43,893 nt of DNA from a virus (Duplodnaviria; Caudoviricetes), in the IMG/VR virus record IMGVR_UViG_3300033149_003492, positions 1 through 43,893 of that record, one strand, 5' to 3'. The position numbers and the translations under genes were made by a program. Positions 1-9,803 of this stretch are shown here, in pieces. The notes beneath the pieces are model-generated. The model was not told where the DNA came from, did no database searches, and saw only the letters and a list, made by a program, of their open reading frames with translations. Each line of letters starts with the position of its first letter. Position 1 is the first letter of the stretch.

Positions 1-112
1 ACTCGTGGACTTGATGCCGTGCACTGAATATATATCGATGAATCCGTCATCGGTAGTGCCAGTGTTCACCACCGCATCGCCCGCATACCAGTTGTTCGCC
101 CCCGTGCCGTCC
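1..112. repeat. Terminal direct repeat (circular-assembly overlap), copy 1
   Basis: Identical to 43782-43893, and a reading frame continues across the join. Confidence 0.97.
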
Positions 113-3100
113 AGATTGCGCGTAACTGTGTAGCTGTACTCCGCCAGACCGATGAACACGTCGTCGTAGTAGCAGGTCTGGGCACTGGTTCCCGGGCCAA
201 AGAGCTCCACCTTTACTTCGGTGCATCCCGGTGGCGCAGTGAAATAGCGTTCAACCTGGGCATAGGACGTACCCGGCACCTGGGTGCTATTGCGCCGGTA
301 GATTTTGGTGCCGTTGCTAACATCATTCAGATCGAATCGGCCTGCGTAGCTTCCTTCTCCGCGAGTCCAGAAGGACAGCTTGTAAGTTTTCCCTGGTACG
401 ACCGTTGCGCTCTGCTCAATCCTGGTGAGGAGCCCTGCGCCCGAGGTAATCTTGCAGGCATCGCTGCCGCTGTGCACATTCGTCGTCTCGTTGGCCAACG
501 TGCCGTCGATGGCCGCCTCGGACCAGTCGGCCCAAATGTCGGGGTCGCCTGCACCCGCCGTTTCAAAGCCCCCATTACTCAGCAGATTCGTGCTGGCCGT
601 GGCATCACTAGTCGCAGCCATGAACTCGACTTTGCCGTGTGCCTCCAGCCATATCCGGTCGCCATTAGCTATCTCGTTGTGCTTGACGTAGATGGTAGTA
701 TCGCCGTAAGCCGCGTCTCTGGTAAGGTACGTTGTTGGGGCCACCACTATGCGCCCACCGATAGTCGCCACCGTCTCTTGCGCTATCAAGGTCTGTACCC
801 AGAGTTCGGCGGCGTGGAGGCTCAGGAATGGCTTCTGCATAGAGCCGAGGTTGATGTCATATGCAGTCGTCGGCAGCACGTTGTTCCCAGTGGGGTTGAG
901 TTGGGCGTTTCCTGCCGGGGCGAGCACCACGTCCCCACTGCCATCCGAGGTCGTGGCGATGGTCACGTTCCCACCGTCGGTCTGGCTGATGCTCATGTAA
1001 GCCGCTGCATCATAGCCTATCTCTACCTGCGGCGTGGTCGTCGAGCGGAAAACATGCTTGCCCGTCCAAGTCGGAGTTATCGACTCGCTCAAGTCGTGCT
1101 TGTGGTCGGAGCGAGCGAAACTAGAAGCGGTGCCTTCGGCATTTGCGCCCAAGTCCACCGACACCGGCGTCGCGCAGGTTATCTCATGTACGTGGTCTGA
1201 CCGGGCGAACGAAGAGGCCGTGCCCTCTGCAGCATTGGCGTCTGGAGTTATCGTTCCGGCAGCCGCACAGGTCGCAGCGTGGGTATGGCTGTCGGCAGTC
1301 GTGGTATTCGTCGTCACCGGCGTAAGCGTTCCAGGCGTGCCGACCGCTAACGCGCTGCCCCCTCCTCCAATCAGGCCATCACCAGCAGCAGAAGAGGCAA
1401 TACGATAGGTGCTGCTGCTCCATTCTATCCCCGTCCCCGCCAGTGCCGAAGCCGATGTCTCTCCACTCAGGCTCGCTTCGGCGCTCATGGTCACGAAGCT
1501 GGCCGCCTTCACTGCGCTGGGGTCCATTCCATCGACAGTAACACCCGCACCCAGAGAGACGTTGGTATTGAACGTCCAAGACCCGGAGATGGTTTCGTTC
1601 TGACCCAGATGTCCATACTGAGTATGGTCGTCGTCGCCCAGACCCGTAAGCGAGCCATGGTCATAGCTTTTGGTGACGACTTCTCTGGTCTGTATAGAGA
1701 GATTATCAGCATCCATCGGCCCATCGGTGCGATGAATGGCCATCGTCATCTCTATGTTCTCACGCATGAGATCATATTCAGTCGTTGGCCAAGCATCCAC
1801 AGTAGCCACCGTCACATTGGTCGTGTAGGTACCATCTCCAGCGATGATGTCCTCTCGTTCTAAGACCCAATAATTAACAGTGCTCCCATCCATGACGATT
1901 GCATCGTCAACTCTCTCATAATAAGAGACGGGCAAAAGGTTGCCTACAGCCAGAGCCGATTCTAGCTTAGCCAGAGATAAAGTCAGGGTGCGTTGCTCAG
2001 CATAATGGCGTTTCAGATATTGGTAAGCCAAATCAAAGAGGGCGTTGGAGGCATTAACATCGCGAGCCCCAGAAGCATTAGGGGAGATGACGTGGGGCCA
2101 ATACTTGGCTCGCATCGGCGTGCGGCCATAGGCGGCAACCACACTGTCCTTTTCGAGGTAGTTATTATCCCTGTCCAATGTGTAGCCGGTATAGTCTGTC
2201 CCCGGCACATCATAATCGCACTGGCTCAGGTCTACTCGCTGCCCCCCAATTCCACCGCCAGTAGGATATATGCGTCCCACCAATTCGTGGCTTTGCAACT
2301 CCAAAGCCAAGTTAATGATTAGAGCGATATTCGGATTTCCCTCTGCATCCACCGGATCGACATTGTTAACTGCCCGAATCCCAGCAACCGTTTGGTCATC
2401 CTGCAACCATTGAACTTCGCGCCCGTCCCCCAGCCGAAAATGCTCCCCCGTCTGCTCAGCGATGGCACGCAGGGCGCCAAGGACGGTGACTTCCTTGAGT
2501 TTCAAGAATACAGTGTTTTCGGTTGCTGTGTAGTAATCTGTATCTAACGCCCAACCCAGGTCGGTCACATCCGATAGAGCAAAAATAGTAGCAAGGGCTG
2601 TAGCTGTGGGCTGCTCTTGAGTGATGTCCACTTCTGCGATAGGAATATCATTCGTGTAGTCTTCGCTGAATTGAAATTGCAGCCAATATTTGTTTACGCC
2701 GTTGACTGTGGTCTTGGCCCAATCCTGCTGTCTCTCCCATCGAACTTCGCCATCCTGACTAAAGCTGGTCTGATAATCGTCCCTGGTCCCATCTCGATAT
2801 AGCGTAGCGGACATCCAATCGCTGCCATTATAATATTTTGCACTGATCCCCGCTCCTCGATCTGACTCGGATATAGTATGGCTTCCAAAAGTGTAAGTCA
2901 CATAATCAAACTCGTTGTCCCCCCCTACATACAGCAAATCCTCATCGTCCGCCGGAATAGACGCTGTAGTGCTCGTATTCCCATCAAAGGCATTGGACAT
3001 ATCCAGATAGGACGAGGCAGTGCCGTCGAAATATTGCACCGAATCCGCAGTTGTGGTCGAGGTTGTCAGGAGATTAAGTTCGTCAATCAATATATCATTC

Positions 3101-3414
3101 AGTTCGGCCAAGAGATCGGGGCCACGAATGGTCAGGATTCCGGTATGGTCTGCCCCAGTTTCGCCACGTATAGATTCTATGATTCCGGTCTTGCCGACCT
3201 GGGTACGAGTGCCATTTATCATAGCGAAACATTTGACGTATCGCTTTTCCTCGATAAGCTCTTTGCGTGAATCAGCCCAAGCCATCTCAAAGCTGAACTC
3301 ACCCTCCTTATCCAGGCGAGTTGCGCTCTTCCAATTCATAACCTGATAGATTGGACCGGAACCCAGCTTGGTTCCAAGCGGGGATTCTACCTGTATTTCA
3401 ATGTCTGGGTTCAT
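1..3414 (-). CDS. Large tail tip/fibre protein, N-terminal part (continues across the junction to 41865; ~1776 aa total)
   Basis: Absent from the ORF track because it runs off the edge. The ATG at 3414 overlaps the Dit stop (ATGA) and reads MNPDIEIQVESPLGTKLGSG... The frame includes DHGSLTGLGDDDHTQY, two AEGTASSFARSDH repeats and a CBM-like NLLSNGGFET segment, and ends GIKSTS in frame with the 41865..43853 ORF. Confidence 0.88.
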   Translation of the reverse strand, partial: MNPDIEIQVESPLGTKLGSGPIYQVMNWKSATRLDKEGEFSFEMAWADSRKELIEEKRYVKCFAMINGTRTQVGKTGIIESIRGETGADHTGILTIRGPDLLAELNDILIDELNLLTTSTTTADSVQYFDGTASSYLDMSNAFDGNTSTTASIPADDEDLLYVGGDNEFDYVTYTFGSHTISESDRGAGISAKYYNGSDWMSATLYRDGTRDDYQTSFSQDGEVRWERQQDWAKTTVNGVNKYWLQFQFSEDYTNDIPIAEVDITQEQPTATALATIFALSDVTDLGWALDTDYYTATENTVFLKLKEVTVLGALRAIAEQTGEHFRLGDGREVQWLQDDQTVAGIRAVNNVDPVDAEGNPNIALIINLALELQSHELVGRIYPTGGGIGGQRVDLSQCDYDVPGTDYTGYTLDRDNNYLEKDSVVAAYGRTPMRAKYWPHVISPNASGARDVNASNALFDLAYQYLKRHYAEQRTLTLSLAKLESALAVGNLLPVSYYERVDDAIVMDGSTVNYWVLEREDIIAGDGTYTTNVTVATVDAWPTTEYDLMRENIEMTMAIHRTDGPMDADNLSIQTREVVTKSYDHGSLTGLGDDDHTQYGHLGQNETISGSWTFNTNVSLGAGVTVDGMDPSAVKAASFVTMSAEASLSGETSASALAGTGIEWSSSTYRIASSAAGDGLIGGGGSALAVGTPGTLTPVTTNTTTADSHTHAATCAAAGTITPDANAAEGTASSFARSDHVHEITCATPVSVDLGANAEGTASSFARSDHKHDLSESITPTWTGKHVFRSTTTPQVEIGYDAAAYMSISQTDGGNVTIATTSDGSGDVVLAPAGNAQLNPTGNNVLPTTAYDINLGSMQKPFLSLHAAELWVQTLIAQETVATIGGRIVVAPTTYLTRDAAYGDTTIYVKHNEIANGDRIWLEAHGKVEFMAATSDATASTNLLSNGGFETAGAGDPDIWADWSEAAIDGTLANETTNVHSGSDACKITSGAGLLTRIEQSATVVPGKTYKLSFWTRGEGSYAGRFDLNDVSNGTKIYRRNSTQVPGTSYAQVERYFTAPPGCTEVKVELFGPGTSAQTCYYDDVFIGLAEYSYTVTRNLDGTGANNWYAGDAVVNTGTTDDGFIDIYSVHGIKSTS

Positions 3415-4235
3415 TTCCAGGCATCCTTATAGCTAAAAGTCACCGAGGCACCAGTTCCCCCACCACTACGAGTGACCTTTACGAGATTGGAGACTCCGCT
3501 TGGAGCCAACCTAAACCATTCTGTAGATCGATGCGTGTCGGTTACCGAAAGCGCATCCCAAACATCGCTGCCATCCTTGGTCACTGATTTAGCTCCCACA
3601 TCTATCGTGACTGTTTCGCCAACAGCGATACTAGATGCGTAATGCAAATGGCAGGTGTGGCCAGGCACATCGAGCAGGAGATAGACTTCGGTGAGTCCCG
3701 AAGTAGCATCGGGGGCAATATCTATCGTCATCTTACGCACAATACCGTTGCCAGAATGTGGCAAAGTATGAGTGCTTTCAATGGAAGTCAGATTGAAACT
3801 CTCGTTGTGGCTATCTCCCTCCCAAACACGGGCCCAGGTCTCCCAGGTCATTGTGACAGGCAAACCATATAGCTCTCGTGGTGTTTTGGGGCCACTGACA
3901 ACAGAAAGGCACCGGGCCGTCAAGGATTGAGTTGTGCTACTAGTGCCGTCTGGCGTTCGAATAAGCGTCCCTCTGCGACCCTTCATGGCTGCTAGACTAT
4001 CGTAAGTATTACGTACTCCCCCTGCCGTGGCAGCCGTTATGAGCCGCTCCACAGTAATGAACCGCGGCTCCATAACCGATTCCTGCGACCCCAGGGAGTC
4101 CAAGGCATCCCCACGAGGCAAGTCCAGCAAACCGCTCAGGGCCTCACCCTCGTCCATCGAATCGCGGGGTTGCGCCGTTGGCAAAGTTACATCTAAATCT
4201 GTGCCGGAAGTGAAGCGCGTTACCCAATAAGCCAT
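3411..4235 (-). CDS. Distal tail (Dit-like) protein
   Basis: Lies immediately after the tape measure gene. Its C-terminus WFRLAPSG..N......VTFSYKDAW is typical of siphophage Dit. Confidence 0.7.
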   Translation of the reverse strand: MAYWVTRFTSGTDLDVTLPTAQPRDSMDEGEALSGLLDLPRGDALDSLGSQESVMEPRFITVERLITAATAGGVRNTYDSLAAMKGRRGTLIRTPDGTSSTTQSLTARCLSVVSGPKTPRELYGLPVTMTWETWARVWEGDSHNESFNLTSIESTHTLPHSGNGIVRKMTIDIAPDATSGLTEVYLLLDVPGHTCHLHYASSIAVGETVTIDVGAKSVTKDGSDVWDALSVTDTHRSTEWFRLAPSGVSNLVKVTRSGGGTGASVTFSYKDAWK

Positions 4236-5803
4236 CAGTGAGTTACCCCCGCAGCCCTAAGCGCCGATGCCAAGCCCCGTTTTACTTGTCGTGCCCCCAT
4301 TCCCTGTACCACAACGCTCCCTGGTCCAAAGGTCACGTGGCGGCTCTGATCGAGCATCCTCTGGCTGTCCCGATTCGAGTAGACCCGACTACCCCTCGGT
4401 AGAGCCACCAACTCCGGCCCAAGTTCACCGACCAGCCCCAGACCACCAGGCCAGAATTGGCGCCCTGCTTGAGCCGTCGGCTCTCCCCCACCCCCACCCC
4501 CTGTCGTTTCCCCTTTTCGGCCTTTCCATCTTTCATATAATTCAATTGCCTTCTCCAAACCCTCTACAATATTTGCCAAGGCATCAGCGACAAGCTGAAG
4601 AACATCATCTAGTGGAGTGGCCCAATCATATATGAACTGAAATGCTTCGGCTGCTTTTGACCACCCTTCAACCCCCTCCTCATCAATCCCCAGAATTAGG
4701 TTTACTAGATCGCGCATGGCGGCACTAATTTCAACAACCCCAGCCAAAATCTCAATAGAGGCGATTAGAGTTTGCAACCCATCCTCGACACGAGGGCCCA
4801 CTAGCGTGAGAAGAGCCGGAGCTAACTCCCCAATTGCGTCTATAACCATGGGCAGATTCTCAGCAACATCTTCCAGGAGAGGCGTAACCAATAGAGTCAA
4901 CACTTCGCCAAACGCCCGTACACCCTCAATAGTTTCGGGATCTCTCAAGGCATCCAGAAAAGCAGTGAGAACAGGCTGCAAAGCACCAAAGGCCCCCGTA
5001 AGTTCGCCGGTTTCGGCATCCCACTTACCAAAGGCTTCGATAAGGAGGAGATCGCTTATCTCCTTCAATGTTTGAGGCATGAATTGTAACGATCCAGCCA
5101 TCTTCTCAGCGGAACCCTCATATTGCTGAGCCCAAGTAATGAATCTGGGGAAAAACTTCTCCATAGTGATTGTCTTAGCACTTATTGCATCTACAACCTC
5201 TTTCTCAGACATATTCATGATTTGGGCCACTTGTGCATAGCCAAAGCCCGCATTGACTAACTGGCGCATCTCTTCCCCGGCCAAATAAGTTTTCGCGGCC
5301 ATATCACCCAATGCTTTGGTAAACTTGGCTTGGGTTCCTGCCGACATACCAAATGCCGCGGCCATATCAGCCATGGCCTCGACTACTTGCATGGCCATCT
5401 CACTCGGCATACCAGAGATTAGGAGCTTCCGCCAAGCCTCTCGAACACTCTCCATAGTTAGGGAAGATTGAATACCTAACTGCTGCATCCAATTCATAAG
5501 GTCGTTCGTTTGTGAAGCTACCCTTTTCATAGCCTCTTCTTGAGTTAACGACGCGTCCGAGGCCATGAGTTGCGCAGCCAATAACGTTTGAGCCGACATA
5601 CCCATGGCCTGGAATCCACCAGCGGCATCCCACGCGGCATCGCCAATTTTACCAATAAGTTCCCACACTCCGTGCATTGCCCGAGAAACATAAAGAGCCA
5701 CAATAGTAGCCGCAAATATGTCAAAGCTACGAGTAACACTATTTAGGGCATCGGACGCTTCATCTCGTCCCTTTATTGTGATTGTCAATGCCTCAGTTGC
5801 CAC
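4235..5803 (-). CDS. Tape measure protein
   Basis: LTITIKGRDEAS N-terminus, tape-measure core (ALGDM...EEMRQL), Ala/Leu-rich helices and a C-terminal GGLGLVGELGPELV.LPRGSRV motif. Confidence 0.92.
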   Translation of the reverse strand: MATEALTITIKGRDEASDALNSVTRSFDIFAATIVALYVSRAMHGVWELIGKIGDAAWDAAGGFQAMGMSAQTLLAAQLMASDASLTQEEAMKRVASQTNDLMNWMQQLGIQSSLTMESVREAWRKLLISGMPSEMAMQVVEAMADMAAAFGMSAGTQAKFTKALGDMAAKTYLAGEEMRQLVNAGFGYAQVAQIMNMSEKEVVDAISAKTITMEKFFPRFITWAQQYEGSAEKMAGSLQFMPQTLKEISDLLLIEAFGKWDAETGELTGAFGALQPVLTAFLDALRDPETIEGVRAFGEVLTLLVTPLLEDVAENLPMVIDAIGELAPALLTLVGPRVEDGLQTLIASIEILAGVVEISAAMRDLVNLILGIDEEGVEGWSKAAEAFQFIYDWATPLDDVLQLVADALANIVEGLEKAIELYERWKGRKGETTGGGGGGEPTAQAGRQFWPGGLGLVGELGPELVALPRGSRVYSNRDSQRMLDQSRHVTFGPGSVVVQGMGARQVKRGLASALRAAGVTH

Positions 5804-5996
5804 GACTAACCCCCGAACAATATGCCCAGTACCATGTCCACCAGCGCTTTGTACAATGGCGCACCAATTCCCACATCGGTACGCCTAAATCTCGTGCCAT
5901 ATGTACCACCAGAACCTCGGCAGGGGGTTTAACTCCGGCCACACCCCTCACCCAATACCGGATGAGATTCAGGTCGTTTTGGCTTGGGTAGGGTTT
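5793..5996 (-). CDS. Tail assembly chaperone -1 frameshift extension (GT-like)
   Basis: In-frame slippery heptamer A-AAC-CCT (5996-5990). The -1 frame is open (..QNDLNLIRYWVRGVAGVKPPAEVLVVHMARDLGVPMWELV..SRGN*) to a TGA at 5793 inside the first codons of the tape measure gene. Confidence 0.6.
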   Translation of the reverse strand, partial: KPYPSQNDLNLIRYWVRGVAGVKPPAEVLVVHMARDLGVPMWELVRHCTKRWWTWYWAYCSGVSRGN

Positions 5997-6241
5997 GGTT
6001 CCGATTGCTCCCCTCCCATCAGGGCTCCCAAGGCAGCCACAAGTTCATTGACGCTCATTCTCAAGATCAACCGATATGCCTCTTCCCGGTTCTGCGGTTT
6101 TTCTACAAATCTCAAAAGAAACTGGGCTAGTTGTTCTGCTGATTTTGCATCTTTCACTTTCTGTAGGTCGGGGACGGAAATCAGGATTTCCAGGAACCCC
6201 GGCGTATCTGCGTCTATTGCCCGGAACACCAAATCGCCCAT
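5969..6241 (-). CDS. Tail assembly chaperone (G)
   Basis: Small ORF between the major tail and tape measure genes, ending ..NPT.. Confidence 0.75.
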   Translation of the reverse strand: MGDLVFRAIDADTPGFLEILISVPDLQKVKDAKSAEQLAQFLLRFVEKPQNREEAYRLILRMSVNELVAALGALMGGEQSEPNPTQAKTT

Positions 6242-6243
6242 AT

Positions 6244-7230
6244 CTACAGCGAGCTCCTTTCATTCACTATCGTCGTGTCAAAGAAGAGGTTCGAGGTGTC
6301 ATCATGCACGATCCTGGCATTGATGGTCCGTACGTTGTTCCCATCCTGATCGGTAATGGCCTCTACGTTCTCATATATCCCTGCCATGTCGATGCGCAAA
6401 GTCTTGGAATCATAGGTAGTCCCTGCTGTATTCAGGGCCGTGCCCTCCCATTCCAATCGGAAAAGACGGGTGTTGCCCTGGCGAAAGTGCTCTATCTCCG
6501 TGGTCGCAGTTGAATCGTGCTCGAAGGTGAGTTGCAGCGTCGGCGCAGCACCCTTCTGTACTAGAGTGGAAAAATAGAGTTCGCCATCGGCAGCGTGAAT
6601 GCCCTCCTGTCCTGTAGGGACTTCCAGGCGTACCCCCAGCAAGGTATTGCTCTTCAAGTTCGTGCCTACTGTGTTTGCGTCGATATAGAGCTTGCCTTTG
6701 CTGAAGGGAATCTCCTCTACAGATAACAGACTCAACGCAGAGGTAAAAGTCCCTGTTGCCACCTGCCGTCCTCGCCATCGAGCACCGACATTCAGAGGCC
6801 CCCCAGCTTCTCCGCTTAGGGTGAAACTCTCCACATAGCAATAGGTCATTTGCTCTTCTTGCTGATTGTCCCCAGCCTCGATAGTCAAAGTATTGGGCGT
6901 GTGTATGCTGCTGGTGGCTGCACGATACCTGTAGAGATAGCCCGATCCCTCGGTTGTTCCCCCAGTATCAGCCTCCAACGCACACGATAGGATAACCGGC
7001 AATTCCTCAAAGGTCGCCGGGGTCTCGGCGAACTCGATACTACCCCCAAGTTTGGCGGTAAATGACCTATTCTTCGGGGAGAGGTATCCCACGGTCTCGT
7101 CGGGAAACACCTCTTCTCGTTCGTCGGCTATCTGCCCCAACCCCCGCCATTTCTGCGTCGCGTTTACTTCCGTGCCCGCCGTACTCTCGAAGCCATACTG
7201 AATCCGACTCAGTAGCCTTGCTCCTGCCAC
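6244..7230 (-). CDS. Major tail (tube) protein
   Basis: 328 aa with IQYGFESTAGT N-terminus and TLTIEAGD, placed before the chaperone and tape measure genes. Confidence 0.82.
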   Translation of the reverse strand: MAGARLLSRIQYGFESTAGTEVNATQKWRGLGQIADEREEVFPDETVGYLSPKNRSFTAKLGGSIEFAETPATFEELPVILSCALEADTGGTTEGSGYLYRYRAATSSIHTPNTLTIEAGDNQQEEQMTYCYVESFTLSGEAGGPLNVGARWRGRQVATGTFTSALSLLSVEEIPFSKGKLYIDANTVGTNLKSNTLLGVRLEVPTGQEGIHAADGELYFSTLVQKGAAPTLQLTFEHDSTATTEIEHFRQGNTRLFRLEWEGTALNTAGTTYDSKTLRIDMAGIYENVEAITDQDGNNVRTINARIVHDDTSNLFFDTTIVNERSSL

Positions 7231-7972
7231 CGTCCTTCCTTCCTTTCCTAATTTCTTCGCCCGTTAGGACTTGTGCCTCTGGGTCATCTTGTTCCTGCAC
7301 ATAGCGTTGGAATCTGCTTATATCCCCCACTTGGTCCATGTAAAGATGGGGTGAGATCAGTTGGGTATGCACCCAAATATCGTACCCCGCCTTCCTCACT
7401 TTCTCGCAGAAGTTTATATCCTCACTGTGATAAACGACCCTCCCATTCTCAATCGTGTAGGTTCGGAAAAACCAGGGGGATGCCAAAGATTCATACACCT
7501 CCCGGTGCACCATAAAAGCTGCACCACCCACAGCATCCACCTTTACCAGCCCCTTGCCCCACTCGTACAGCGGCGCATACTTCCCGTCGGGCCGCTTCTG
7601 ATAAGCCACTGGTTCCCAGGGCTCCCCCCGTCGGAAATTGAGTCCTGATATGAACTTTATCTCCGGCTTAGCCATCACCACCTGAACGAAATGATTCACA
7701 AGTGTGCCAGAATGTCGATGATCGCTGTCCAGCATAACCAGGTATTCAAAGCGGGGATTAGCCAGAAGATACTCAACAAAGCTGTTCCGTTGGTTATCCG
7801 AACGGCCATAACGAAAATGGATGAACTCCCATCCCTTAACTCCGGCATTCATAGCGATCTGCACAATTCCGTCAAGAGAGAGGTAATGACAGAACCGCTC
7901 CATCGGAATACCAATCAGGACTTTGGGCCAAACCCAGGGCTGGGAATCAACTATAGGTTCGGGTTTGCTCAT
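7067..7972 (-). CDS. Glycosyltransferase family 2-like protein
   Basis: KVLIGIP, RN, YLVMLDSD (DxD), VDAVGGAAFMVHREVY, SEDINFC...GYDIWV motifs. Its 3' end overlaps the tail tube gene. Confidence 0.85.
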   Translation of the reverse strand: MSKPEPIVDSQPWVWPKVLIGIPMERFCHYLSLDGIVQIAMNAGVKGWEFIHFRYGRSDNQRNSFVEYLLANPRFEYLVMLDSDHRHSGTLVNHFVQVVMAKPEIKFISGLNFRRGEPWEPVAYQKRPDGKYAPLYEWGKGLVKVDAVGGAAFMVHREVYESLASPWFFRTYTIENGRVVYHSEDINFCEKVRKAGYDIWVHTQLISPHLYMDQVGDISRFQRYVQEQDDPEAQVLTGEEIRKGRKDGGRSKATESDSVWLREYGGHGSKRDAEMAGVGADSRRTRRGVSRRDRGIPLPEE

Positions 7973-8397
7973 AGGCTTTCCTCCCGTTTATATCTCAATC
8001 GCCACCGTAGACCATAAGTAGGGATGCTGCCGTACTTCATAGTCATGAGACCATCATAGCTCAAGGCCGATTCCTCACCAGTAACCAACGTTTCCACATT
8101 GCCACCCAGATTCCAGTCGTCTAGTATCGCTTTGGGCACCTCCTCAAAGTAATCCAGCATTGTCTGAACAGCCTCCCGAATACCCTTATCCTGTGGCCCA
8201 GCATGTAGATCGATAATGATTTGTCCTAAATTGCGAGCAAGACCGTTGAAAGGCACATCCCATGTGCCTGGACCCGGGTAAGCTATTATCATGGGAAACT
8301 GCTCGATCTTGTTTGAAGGATAGTCGGGCGCCTGCTTGATTCCACTGATGGCCCCTACTAGCGTCTGTACCCTTTGTATTGCTGCCAGTAAACCCAT
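7969..8397 (-). CDS. Putative tail terminator/neck protein
   Basis: Probable start MGLLAAIQ at 8397 (TGATG coupling). Position and size fit. Confidence 0.55.
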   Translation of the reverse strand: MGLLAAIQRVQTLVGAISGIKQAPDYPSNKIEQFPMIIAYPGPGTWDVPFNGLARNLGQIIIDLHAGPQDKGIREAVQTMLDYFEEVPKAILDDWNLGGNVETLVTGEESALSYDGLMTMKYGSIPTYGLRWRLRYKREESL

Positions 8398-8996
8398 CAG
8401 AAAATCCTCGCATATGGCGTTAGCAGGGTGCGGATATGCGGGTCTTCTAACAAGGCCGTCCGTATTCGGTGCATGAACCCTTCTGGACTCATTACCCCGA
8501 AAATAGCGTCCTTTCTCTTGTGCAACTGCTCTACTGCCAGCAAACAAGCCTCGTTTATCGGCGTGGGAGCATCCCCCGTACTATAGCCAAACACCCCTGT
8601 TATCTTGACCCCATCCTCAAGGGTTGGGAAATATTTGGTTCCGTTAGGATGCTGCCGTATATAGGTATATGGCTCATCGTTTCTGGGAGCGTTGCGGGGC
8701 ATCAGCAGATAATCCGTTGTTGCCCAAGTCTCGTCATAGTCCAGGTCCCCATCCCCATCCGTAGCCAAGGTAGTCACACTGAGAAGGTCGTCAACGCGAA
8801 CTTCGCGTCCATTCTTGGCAGTGTAGTAGCGTGTTTCACTAGTTGCCCAGAAACGGGTGTGGCAGATCGAATCTATGACCCGGCTTATGGCCTCGACCAT
8901 AGATTCGATCATGCTATCGTCGCTAGTCACCGTCTCGTCAGTGAACAGCCGCTCTTTGACCTCGGCCAGAGTTGCATAGCCGTTGCTTATGGCCAT
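8397..8996 (-). CDS. Head-tail connector (gp6-like)
   Basis: YATLAEVKERL, GVKITGVFGY, P.PINEACLLAV, LLTPYAR motifs. Confidence 0.85.
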   Translation of the reverse strand: MAISNGYATLAEVKERLFTDETVTSDDSMIESMVEAISRVIDSICHTRFWATSETRYYTAKNGREVRVDDLLSVTTLATDGDGDLDYDETWATTDYLLMPRNAPRNDEPYTYIRQHPNGTKYFPTLEDGVKITGVFGYSTGDAPTPINEACLLAVEQLHKRKDAIFGVMSPEGFMHRIRTALLEDPHIRTLLTPYARIF

Positions 8997-9007
8997 ATAC
9001 TGCCTTC

Positions 9008-9283
9008 CTACGGCTTGAACACCACCGTACCACTTGGTGAAGTTCCCGTCAGAACCCCAAAGATACCATTGGCCACCGAGAGGGCTGCGGGGGGACAGAA
9101 CGCATCCCCTCCGCTTGCCTCCGCTGCCAACTTTACGATGACTGTACCACTAGAGGTCGCAGCATCGTAGAGCGTGAAGCTGGCTGTATCAACGCCAGCG
9201 GCGAGGTGGGCAGATAGAAAGTACCCACCTCCACTCAGAACCGACGTGCTCGCAGTTATGGTCTTGAAAGCCGCTATATCCAT
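9008..9283 (-). CDS. Small virion protein
   Basis: Small-residue-rich ORF after the capsid gene (FTLYDA..SGT motif). Confidence 0.55.
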   Translation of the reverse strand: MDIAAFKTITASTSVLSGGGYFLSAHLAAGVDTASFTLYDAATSSGTVIVKLAAEASGGDAFCPPAALSVANGIFGVLTGTSPSGTVVFKP

Positions 9284-9292
9284 AGTTCAGCC

Positions 9293-9793
9293 TCACAGCC
9301 CAGAACTGAAGGTGATGGCCCCGGAAGTCGCCAGAGCGCCGTTGGGCAACACTAGGGCTAGATACATGCTGGGAGTCCCGCTTGCACTGATGGCTATGTC
9401 CAGGTCTCCATCTGATTCGCTGACTCCTAGAAAGACCGAGTTGTCTACCAGCTCGACCACAAAGCCGTCGGTGCCCGAAGCTATGTCTCCGGTGTTCGTT
9501 ATAGTGTATCTTTCCATAGCCAGAGCATCGGAGGCCAGATACCCAAGGACCGCTGCCGGGGCCGAGACCGCCGTAGCCGCAGCATTCAACAACTGAACGC
9601 TCACGGTGATTACATCCGCACTCTCAGTCCCTATGCTAAAAGAGGCGTCGGCAACCTGATCATCTAGGATATTCAGCTCATCGGCCGTCACCGTGGCCCC
9701 ATCCAGGATGTTCACTTCACTGGCCGTGGCCGTTACGCCCTTGAGGTCGGTGATCTCTGACACCCCCTTACGGAGAACATACAAGTCAGTCAT
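9293..9793 (-). CDS. Putative capsid decoration/head fibre protein
   Basis: Directly follows the capsid gene and has a tandem TA.E(V/L)NILD repeat. Confidence 0.55.
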   Translation of the reverse strand: MTDLYVLRKGVSEITDLKGVTATASEVNILDGATVTADELNILDDQVADASFSIGTESADVITVSVQLLNAAATAVSAPAAVLGYLASDALAMERYTITNTGDIASGTDGFVVELVDNSVFLGVSESDGDLDIAISASGTPSMYLALVLPNGALATSGAITFSSGL

Positions 9794-9803
9794 CACTCAC
9801 CCC

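Noticed and set aside
1-112. 112-bp terminal repeat as a biological DTR
   Set aside because: It falls in the middle of a tail gene that reads through the join, so an assembler overlap of a circular or permuted genome explains it best.
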